The notes under the pieces: model-generated
Told to the model about the DNA's origin: nothing
Databases searched by the model: none
Seen by the model: the letters and a program-made list of their open reading frames with translations, nothing else
Shown: in pieces, positions 12,101 through 22,867 of the stretch
Position numbering within the stretch: the first letter of the stretch is position 1
Layout of the letters: each line of letters opens with the position of its first letter
From: Trichoplax sp. H2
Lineage: Eukaryota
DNA length: 64,000 nucleotides
NCBI GenBank assembly: GCA_003344405.1
Contig: NOWV01000016.1
Location: 558,001-622,000, forward strand
Direction: 5' to 3'
Made by a program: the position numbers and the translations under genes

Positions 12101-13164
12101 CGCCGTCTATCCGATATATAGAATCCCAATAACTTTTCTATGATGGCGCTCTATGCATTCAATGACGAACTGGAATTGTATCCATTTAAATGGATAGAAA
12201 AAATAAAAACATTCAATGCTATCCTTCTGCTAAAATTATCCTGTTGTCGCACCGTATTCGACAACGACTACAAAGTCTGTAGTCCATATCGTAAGAAAAG
12301 AAACTAGAATAAGTCCTGCCGCCCCAAGGTTACAGTAGAATAGGCTAAGGCGCTTTTTTATGGTGCCGCTAATATGATAACCGTTGTGCTCTAAAAGACT
12401 AAACTACTATTCATTTAAAGCAAACAGTAAAAATAATGTTATACAATTCTTCGGATAAGTTATCATGATGCTTTAAATTACCTTCGGTTTCCCCTAAATT
12501 ACACAGATAGAAGGAAAGAAACGGTCATTTGATTAATATACAATATAACGGCAAAGTGTGCACCCTATACGCGCACAAAATGGAGACAAATATTCTCATA
12601 TATCAAGATAGATAACTTACGATCGTTTGCTTTCGTATCATTAAAATTGGATGGAAAATCATTTCATGGATTCATTCATTACTAAGTCGAAATTGTATGA
12701 AATATTATTAAATTTTATTAACTATTACAACGAGTTTCCAGTGAATAATGTCCAAAAATTGACTTACTTTTTCATACGATTTCAAAGAGTTGAACCATCC
12801 GCCAAAGTCACATTGCGGAAAATAGCACAAAAGTAAGATTCACCATTCCGTCAATATAATTATTATAATAATGTCGGTTATGCGTGCGTATTTGCTGAAT
12901 ATGATTGCTAATAACCTACCTCAAGATACCCCTAGATAAAAAGATAGTGACAAAGTCAAAATTATCATTTTATTCCTGATTAAATTTTAAATTTAGAACA
13001 AGTCTATCGGTATTAAATTCTCTAACTCGGATTTAAAAAAAGTGCAATTGAATTCTTTCATCGAAAAGATAAAATGACAAATATAATTACATTTCAACTG
13101 GTGCCATGAAATGGCAGACAAGAGCGATCGTTAAACTGATCGTTATCAATTTCATCGATGTCAT
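176..13164 (-). CDS. Micro-exon gene encoding a putative secreted acidic/Thr-Pro-rich protein with a basic C-terminal segment (about 45 exons; 3' end beyond window start)
   Basis: Exon 1 (13164-13091) encodes MTSMKLITISLTIALVCHFMAPVE+AT followed by GTAAT. Plus-strand left coordinates of the AG-exon-GT units follow. 12 nt: 12920,12482,10807,10615,10029,9133,8461,8337,8223,8096,7991,7856,7735,7613,7440,7336,6801,6687,6565,6123,6017,5886,5741. 9 nt: 12621. 24 nt: 11068 and 7215. 15 nt: 10930. 6 nt: 8744. 3 nt: 5535,4999,4719,4451,4295,4057,3555,3015,2564,1999,1666,1486,1308,869,478,176. Joined translation: MTSMKLITISLTIALVCHFMAPVEMGILSKRSGNRSHWLDIDADSELDEIEDTANATTKKTNGTSTMIEDPATAPVNNTEKETVNTTMDEAIAAYLQASIGAPVELSEMFIDEAPVEVPLDLPISMPIDDSIDDLIDILTHRRLRRLCRKPNANDKKK... 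(no stop). The exon inventory is manual and may have omissions. Confidence 0.8.
11145..11693. repeat. Near-perfect direct tandem duplication, period 276 bp, in an intron of the micro-exon gene
   Basis: CGAATGACCATAGATAAATTTTTG...GCAAGATAGCAAT occurs at 11145 and again at 11421 with only a few differences. Confidence 0.95.
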
Positions 13165-16100
13165 CTTGATCGAAAGAACGTTAGAAAGTTTAATTTTTTG
13201 TGCTTCAGATATCAAATTCTTCACTCCTTCACCTAAGATGGCGCGACGAAATTTTTCAAACTCTGAAGAGAAAGGGATTAGGCTTAAATAGTATCTCAAT
13301 TTATAATAAAAATACCTCGATCGGTCCTAAATAGATGCCACTAATGAATGCATTGTCCTTTTAGTGATATTAAAGATTCTCAATTCGACCACCCGCTAGC
13401 TCATTCTAAATTGAATTAAATGTCAAGGGCTCCAAAGCATTCAAGCGAATACGACAGATACATTGAATATTCCTCTGATTATATTTCTATCACTAGATTA
13501 ATTAAGGATAATTCGTTTTAGCAACAGATTTGCCCTTACAATTCGATGAGTCTCTCATTCATTTTTTTATTTTAATCTCCAATTTAATATGATACCGGTA
13601 CTAATGCAAGCCGGTATGAAATAGATCTTAGACATGAAAACAGTTGCAATTTATCATTAATTTCCCTTATTAATCTTAATCCTAACTATTTAATCCAAAT
13701 ACACGAGACTTTTTTTCATATTTAAGATCCATCTTGCATTACCGGTAATTTATCCCACTCCAGATGTTCATAAACCATGACAGACTATATTGCAGTTACG
13801 GATAAGTGCAACCCATTATTCTCTAATTTTAGCCTTTTTTAAAAATACCTAATTATACGACGTATGTACAGGGATTATTTTTTACTAATAAATAGCATAA
13901 AATAGACAAAACATATGATTAACAATTCTAATCATAGAATCTATTTATACTCAATCGTAAATAAAGTATTTACCTACTTACGTTAGCAACGACCGTTACG
14001 CAATAAGAGTTCCGCTTAATTTTTGCCTTAATAAAAATTATCATACTTTTTTAGCCGTATTGCAATTTTATTAAAGGTTTCAGCTTATTTCGATAACGAT
14101 AATATTCGTACATTTTAAAACCGCACGAATAGTAGATATAAAATTTTGGTACAATACTGGTACAGCTCTTCTTTAAATATATCACAGTATCTCATAAATA
14201 TTATACATGGATATAGGGTACCATAGGCAAAGTTAGAATTATCCTTAACCACAGTGGAGTAAATAGCTGTAGAAACATGATAATCAAAGTATTTAAAGCT
14301 TCTTCCACACTACTGAGTGATAACTTCTAATACCCTAACCCTGAAATTAGACTTAACACAGTGTTTCACATATGTGTCTTTTGACCAATTACTGTACAGT
14401 GCTCGGTTAATGATGTGACTTTTATTGTAGAAAAAGTGCTATTTGAAAAGCAAATTATTTATGATATATAAAAAAATCGATTACGCATATCAACAGATTA
14501 GCCAAGATTTCCTGATTATGACGAAATTAATTTCATAATAATTTGTTACAGGTAATAAAAGGAACCAGATTCAATTTTTTGTGATACCTTCTCAGAATCT
14601 TGTAGCCCATCCATTGTTGCCAAATTGATGATGTAAGGCTAAATAAATGCTACCATGTTAACCTAATTAAAATATTAATTATTACTGAATGATGAAATGG
14701 CCATGTTCATATGTTACTAATAATTCAATTTATATCTTATGATTATCATCTCTTCAAATCGGTCAGGTACATGTTCTATTTATGTAAGCATGAACGTCAT
14801 GGAATAATTTCTTCAATTCAGCACCTGATAATCTGTCATACTATACATATTCCTACTCTAACAAAACAGGATTCTAAATTTAACGCATAGCTTCAATTCA
14901 GCTAGCTCTGAATTAAGTAATACCACTAACAACTACGATATCTTACCCTCATGCACTAAATCATATCTTTAATTAACTACCTAAGACACTATCCCAGTTT
15001 ATACTGACATTAATCTACAAATAGGTAGGAGTAGTGCTTTAATACATTGATCAAAATAGGATATCGGTAATTTGACAATCCATTAATTGTACAATACTAT
15101 AATAACAGTAATGAAAATCGACAGTAACCTCGTATACTAAGTATTAAAGCTTACGCCATCGTAAATGCTTCAAAATCACTTAAAATATTAGATCAAATTA
15201 GATAGAATGCTTATAAATTCACAGACGCTTTAGTTTCTTGTAGATACTCGTGTTGAAGCCAGATCTATCTTGCGTATTGAGTGTTCAACAGATAGGAAAT
15301 GTTTTTCAAAAAAGTGCTATACATTTTCATAGAAATAGAATATCCCTAGACCTATTAGATAGAACTCTTAAAAATTTAGCAAACGATTCCGTTTCTAATA
15401 TTGATACCAAATTCATCTTACTTATCAAGCTTCCGGTTAGGCAAAATATATTTAGAATGCTTATTGCCTTGTAGCTATATACACTTGGCATAAGAAATAC
15501 GAATAATAGACGTATATTGCGACAATGTCAAAAAGCAATAAATCTAAAAAGATTCTAACTTACAATTACTACAATCTATACGTTATTTAGCAAATACCCA
15601 TTAATTGTTGTATTCCTTTTTGTGGAGATCATTTATATTTTTCTTTCCAACCTACCGGCTACTCACAAACAATCTATTATAAGCTATATGAAATGAAACT
15701 GAGGAAACAGGTTCAATATACTGTACTGCACAGCAAGCATAAAGTATCGTACTGCAGTAGCATTATAAACTATGTAAATTTATTATACCTAAGAACTAGA
15801 TAGTAATACAATTATTCATATCATGATATTCATTCGATCATAAATGAGTTTACTTGTAGGTAGAAGAATTATTCTTACATGTTATATATCTTAAATTTTC
15901 CTATACAGGTATACGAGTATTTACTAACTTTGAAGACTCCTTCTGCTCTTAGGATCATGTGAAGATGAGATAAACTGCGTAGGCAATCGAGCTGTTTACT
16001 TTTAAGTAGAATCCTACAACCGTAGAAAAGACCATTTAGATTAATTACTCGTAATTTTATAATTTATCATAGGCAATAAACTATATCGTACTCTTCTCTT

Positions 16101-17492
16101 TAGACGCTAGGAAACTGGTTTAACTGATTAATTAGTGATTTATGAATTTACCGTGATGGTGTGTCCCAACTAAATGCCTATAAACTCATGGAAAACCACA
16201 TAACCCACTAAAAAAATTTAAACATAACTTTTTAAATCATTTAACTTTATCTGTATGCATCAAAAATAGAGGATAATTTAAGACTTCTGTTGAAAGAAGT
16301 TTACGCCATATAAAATTTTACAATCCAAATACGAGAATAATGGTATAATGGAATCATGCAGTGCAGTAATCTGTTTTACATTCATGTCATCATGATAACA
16401 TCCGCATTTATAGTAGCTCAAAGAATCAAGATGTTCATTATAAGTAAATTTAGATTATTTTAATAAATAAAACTAATCGCATACGACAAAAAAAAGATAA
16501 CTTCCACTGGGCATTACAATAATTATCAATAACATACGAATAAATAGTGCTACACATTATATGGGATCTTTACCCTTTTCAGTGAAATGAATGTTTTATC
16601 GTTTGCATAACCTTTAGCTAGTCAATAAGCTAATCGCACCTTAGTGCTATTGCTATCTTAAATTAATAATTATAGTAAAATTGTATTTTAGTATACGGAT
16701 AGATATTACTATTTTACACGTTGAGAAATCTATGAGAAGTAAGTAGTCTGCAATTTATTTTAATTTTCAGATATTGCTTTATAGTTTATATTGTTTTTCA
16801 GTATGAGACTACAAATAATATATAATATAGTCGTTAGCGATCATAGACTCCGCATCACGCTGATATTGCTGTATGTAAGGGTACATGTATATTGTATCAG
16901 TACATTAAAAATTATACAGTTTATCACGACAGGGATTCCCTTTCTGTATCCGTTGCCACAGCTGCATTGTAAACAATTTATAATGCAGCGATGCCAAAGA
17001 ATAGAAAAATAGAACCTTCACCGGGATAAACTGAATAATATACTGGTGTGGTATAGGGTTTTATTATTTTATTCTACACAAATATATCAGCAGGGTATGG
17101 GATTTATAATGGCTAACGTCTACATTAGTCATAGATTTACATTAAGAAAAAGTAACAAAATCTTAAATGTTGAAATACAAGTATAAGATCACGCTATCAA
17201 TACTGGTGTCGGTAAATGCTCGTATGTATAACTGTACAGCACTGTACAACAACATACAGTAGTAACATTATCATTTCATTACGACAACCTGTAATGCTCC
17301 ATCTCTAAGATTAATAAGAATAACTCTTGTTAGTTCAACGCTTTACGATTATATACATTGCTTCGATCGAATTAAGTTAAACAAGTTGGATTACTGTGGA
17401 AAGATTACTTATTACTCTGCAGTCAAAGATTAACACGTAATATAAAGTTTATGTGTAGGAAGATCGATACTTTTACAGAACAAGCTCCCAGT

Positions 17493-20400
17493 ATGTTATC
17501 ATGTCAACAATCTCTTCCTCATTTACCTGTACCACAGCTTCACGAAACATTGGCGAGATATTTACGTTCATTACAGACACTGATAGATGATAATGAATAC
17601 GAATCAAACAAACGAATCGTTCAAGAATTTGGCCGAGCTGGAGGTGTAGGAGAGAAATTAACAAGAATAATTCAAGAAAAAGCAAAAACACATGACAATT
17701 GGGTAAACATCGTATAATATATCGTGTGAAAAACACGTGTAGTTATGGTTTAAAACTGTCAATAAAGCATAGCGTGAACTAAACATTGTTGTTGTTTACA
17801 TTACCCCCAAAACATAACACTCAGCTTTCCTTCTCTAGCAATTTAAGTAAAATGTTAAGCCTATAACCGAAAAATTAGAGTAATGTAAAAACTGAGTAGT
17901 ATGCTATATCTATTAAACCCATTGATCAGCTACTTTCATGATACTCAATACTGTATCCCTCAAATATTTATTTTTATTTTATTTTAGTTGTACGATTGGT
18001 GGGAGCATAGTGTTTATTTGAATCAACGGAGTTCTGTTTGTCTGAACAATAGTCCAGCATTTCTATTCCCGAAACGCTCATTTCGAGATAGGGGCCAGCA
18101 AATTAAGTAAGTAAATGTATTAAAATAAATACAACCCATACGTAACTAGCCTTGACTAAATACATATATTCTTTATTTTATTTATAGTGTAATTAATATT
18201 CATACAGTATCGAATCGAACTTTAAATGTTGCATCAGTAGCTATAACTTCTTAATATGACACTAGTAAGAGTCTTGTACTTCATTGGATTTTCGTGAATA
18301 ACGAAGATCGATATACATAAAATTACTTGCTTTTATTCCAAATGATAGCCTTGATTTCTTCTTATACAGATTTGCCGCTAAGTTGATCATAAGTATCGTC
18401 GAATTTTATTACAAAATCAAAAGGTTAGTTCAATTTTTTGCTTAGAACTTATGATCGAGCTTGGATAGGACTAAGTAATTATTGAGATTCAATAAAAGGA
18501 GATGCCGCCATATTTGAGAAATATTGCAGCACTCTCGATTAAATCAACGACTAAAATAGTTATTAGTAAAAAGTAAATATTTGATAAGTTACATTAGACG
18601 AATCCTAGCAGTTGTCATGATAGAATCAACATACGCTATATAGTATCACTCAACTGAAACTGAGTTTAATAACTATGTTTGTACGATAATTATATTTAAT
18701 TACTAGCGGGGATCTACCTGTGGATAAAATTAGTAATCAGCCAGCATGTATGATGCAGTACAATAAACTATTCTATTCCTGTCGCATTCCGGGAAAAACT
18801 GTCGATAGTATTGCTCAATATTCTCCAGAATGTGGGCAGCCAGACTTTATCGCTATAGCACATAATAATCACGTAAGTACAAGCTACAAATAGTAATACT
18901 ATGACTTATGCCAAAGGTTACTACAGATTATTACTCTTTATCATATAATGTATAGCAATATTTATAATTCTTTTGGATAGTTTTTTGCGATCGAGGTAGC
19001 GAAAAACGATCAAATCTACAGTCGAGAGACGATTGAACAACAGCTTAGTTATATATTTCAAAAATCATCGAGGCCTGTACAGCCTATTGGTGTGCTAACA
19101 ACATCAGATCGAGATTCATGGTTCAAGTCTTATGAGCTATTGATGAAAGGTGAAAACACAGACATACGTATAACTAATAAAAACTGCTACTGTCATAGTA
19201 ATATACGATGTAATCCTGATGCTCGACTTCTATAATGCCACTCTATAGATGTATTCTAAATGTTAATTATACTTATTCCATAGATCAGACAAATGCTCAG
19301 TCAATTAAGAAGATTCAAAAATCGATGTTTATGTTATGTTTCGATCAAAATAATTCTGGTTTAAATACTGTACGATCGCATCTCTTCTTGGATGATGGAG
19401 ATGGTAGCCGCAATGCTTCATATGGACAAATGCTGCATGGAGGGGGTAGTACAAAAAATTCAGCCAATCGTTGGTTCGATAAGACCCTGCAGGTAAGTAT
19501 TTTCTTTAAAGTTAAATAGAATTAAATTCGCCCGTATTTTGGTATTAAACTATTCAATATTAATTTATAGTTTATAATAAACTCTAATGGCGATAATGGT
19601 TTAATTTATGAACATTCGGAATGCGATGGAGCGCCAGTCATGAATTTGGTCGATTACATGCTTTCCCGGTGGTAAATAGAATATGCAAGATATTCAGTAA
19701 ATGATAATCAATCACCATTTAATTATTTATTGAAGAATTGATGATAATTAAAAGCCTTTTTAAGATTTTCGTATTTGATTACGGTTATAATAAACAATGT
19801 GTATGTTATTTAATAATAAGTACTGAGTCTTATTGCTTTATATTCTAGTGATAATATGACTAAAAATGAATATAAAGACACCGGTAGTAATAATGTCGCT
19901 GTAAAAGATTTAAATTTCAATATAAGCAGTAATATCATCGGGCCTATCAAGGGTTCTATTCTGAAGATTGATAAGTACGTTGTATTTGTAGAGATGTATC
20001 GCTGAATATGGAAAGTTTAAGAGCTCATGAATTATATGCTTTACTACTATTTTATTTAGACTGATTACCAACTTGAATTTGCGATCAATTAATTTTAAAG
20101 ATTTTGGCGAAAACTTTATAACATCGCAATCTTTGAGTCCTGATAGTTTCTTTCAAATAGCAATGCAAATAGCATTCTACAGGTGAGACTTTCATCTGCC
20201 TAAATTACAATCCATTATAGAAATTAGCAATAGCAAAGTATCGTATAAAGGAATACTTCATCTGTAATATAATATTAATGCTTTCCAATGTGCATTAGAA
20301 TTCATAATCGGATAGCCTGTGCACACCAAATTGCATCAACTAGGCTATATCTTCTTGGTCGAACTGAAACTATACGCCCTAGTACACTGGAAGCTAAGGC

Positions 20401-21111
20401 TTTTGCTGAAGTAGCTTTTTCTAATAATGTCGAAGTAACTAGATCATAGCCTGTTAAGTTGTTTTACTTTAGTATGCCACTCTGTTAATTAAAATCAATA
20501 TTGTTAACCTTTTAAATGAAATACTGCACCTTATTAGATATCAGTAAAACGTAACTTGTTAAAGCAAGCAGTTATGGTACACGAAAAATTCAAATCAAAA
20601 GTAAAATGAATACATATTGCCCTTAAATTATTTTTAATTTGCCCATGTCGGCAATATGATGTATGATATTTTTTGTAATTACAGGCTAATCAGGGGCAGG
20701 GTTGGGATAGACACTTTTTAGGAATGCAGATGGCAGCCAAAGAAAACCTATCTAAAATGCCGAAGTTGTTTACAAGTTCAGGATTCATTAGGAGTTCTTA
20801 TGTTGAATTATCGACAAGCCAGGTAATTATTTAAAATTAATTCGATAGCGCGATTAACTAAATGGTAAGAAATTTTTATTGACAAGGTTCATGTTATTTA
20901 TTATTAGATACCTTTTAAGCATCAAGTATGTTCGAGTGCTGCTCCCGTGAACCTAGATTGCTATAACGTTGGATACAACTTATTTCCCGGCAATATCCTA
21001 TTTGTTTGTACATCTTTTAATGATTCCACAGCAACAAATCTCTTGGACTTTGTGGAAGTTTTGCAATTAAGTCTAGCAGAAATGAAGACAATTTTGATCC
21101 AAGAAAAATAA
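17493..21111 (+). CDS. Carnitine/choline O-acyltransferase family protein, copy A (multi-exon; true start may lie slightly upstream)
   Basis: Motifs LPHLPVPQLHETL, YSCRIPG, NRWFDKTLQ, catalytic-His motif YEHSECDG (about 19608-19630), LSPDSFFQIAMQIA, GRTETIR, GWDRHLLG and LSTSQ. GT-AG introns; stop TAA at 21109-21111. Confidence 0.9.
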
Positions 21112-22867
21112 TTAAAAAAAAGGATTTACGAATTACATTTTACGGTGCAGTATCGGATCATTGTTAGTTTCGTTAGTCTATACGTGAAAACGATTTAGTA
21201 AGCAATCTCGGATTTGTAGCGTTATAAGTGGTTTTATCAATAACTGGATTTTTAATTCAATTAATTAATTAATTTTATCGAAAATGGTAAAGATTACGTA
21301 TAATTTCTAACGTTTAATTTATTACTAATAAATAATGTCGACTGAAGATATAGTTTTTATGCTTTATGCAGTTAACTTCATTCATATTGATGTAATTTCC
21401 ATTGTGTTAAGCTAGTGAAAATCAAAAAATTCAATACATTAATAAGTTGTTATCGAAATTTGCTTGTAATGTTGACTTTGTATTTTAAGTACCGTAATTA
21501 CGGGCTATTTGAATACTATTTGAGTAGATTTTACTAATTTATGATAAATTTAGTTTTAAAGCTATCAGGCTAAACCGAGGAAGCTATAATTAGTGCGTGG
21601 TCTGTAATTCATCAAGTTAATGAATAAACTATCACTTTCTCTATAAATCACATTCCGAAGTTGCACATTAATTAATGGGTTATGCAATTTACTATTTACT
21701 GTATTATACTGAAATGGCATGTGCTCAAATCGAACTTTTTTCTCGAAATCTCGTAGTGTAGTGATTCATACGATTAAAAATTGCTTCCAGTCTTTTAATT
21801 TGGAGATTTATTTCTTTAATTAGATAAATAGATTTTTACGCAACTTTAGTGACTGTCTTACATACTAGGCAATATGCAATACCCTTATATGGGTATTACT
21901 CATGTTCATTCCAGTGTTTTACTAGTACATATCTAAGAAATACAATTTTGATGCATGCAATAAATTATGGGTAACAAAACATTCACTGCTTAACGTTCTT
22001 TGAACCAAAATTTAGCAGTAAGGCTATATAAACTAAAATGATACCAAAGTCAATGTACTACAGAATGTACAAAATATCAATTTTGATTTAAAAATTTCTA
22101 TTGTTATCAGAAGCGAGTAATGAGACTCGATGAACTAGGCAGCTACTTGAGTAGCTTCCTTTATTTTAACTGAAACGCAGTAAATAGTGAAAGAGACCAC
22201 TCGAGATTTATGCTTATGAGTCTATATTTCATAAGAGATAAGAGATGCTTGCAAATTAATTCATTAATGATGTGTAGCAGTGAATCACTTTCGTAAAGAT
22301 TGTACCATTATAGCTTGCGTTAGCTAAATATCATCTAAATTGATTATAAGGCTAAACAAAGCGGTAAAATAGTAAAATATGAACTTGAAATTATTTCGCT
22401 CTAAGTGTCAAAATAGAAACTAGTTTTGACCTTATGTCGAAAAATCTTATATCACAAAAACTGTTCAAGCACAAAACATTGGCTTTTGAGTACAGCACTT
22501 TGCTATAGTACTGTGTATACTATTGCAAGAAAATTTTGATAACTAGCTACAAGTGTATTGAATTTTTGATTTTCATCATTTTAACATGTTGGCAATTACA
22601 TCAATATGAATGAAGTTGACAGCAAAAAACAATAAAATTATATCTTCCATTCAACATTATTATCAACAATAAATTAAAGTTTTCGAAATTATACGTAATC
22701 GTTACCATTTTCGGTGAAATTAATTAATTAAATTCATTGCCCTATTATTGGTTAAGGCCTAAGAAAATCTATGCATTCGAAATCGTCTTCAAATCACCTT
22801 CGCGCAGGTTAATGAAAAAACTTAATAATTTGATACTGGAAATGCAAAATACAAAATCGTGTTGAAA

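Noticed and set aside
12253-12390. Extra 15-nt (12253) and 9-nt (12382) candidates, and weak 3-nt candidates near 343, 609 and 2429
   Set aside because: Weak donors (GTGCGA, GTTATC, GTACTA, GTCATT) or an AAG acceptor; these could arise by chance.
14333-14344. CCCTAACCCTGA, resembling a telomerase RNA template or telomeric repeat
   Set aside because: Only about 1.5 repeats in AT-rich sequence, with no convincing pseudoknot or H/ACA domain visible.
13300-16500. Scattered minus-strand donor-like motifs upstream of the signal-peptide exon (e.g. near 13976, 14942, 15150, 15651)
   Set aside because: Inconsistent exon lengths and no coherent frame; at most 5'UTR exons.
1027-16999. Short ORF-track entries in the first 17 kb and ORFs antisense to known genes elsewhere
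   Set aside because: Low-complexity AT-rich translations with no recognisable motifs. Only the 3' part of ORF 13087-13299 (the signal-peptide exon) is used.
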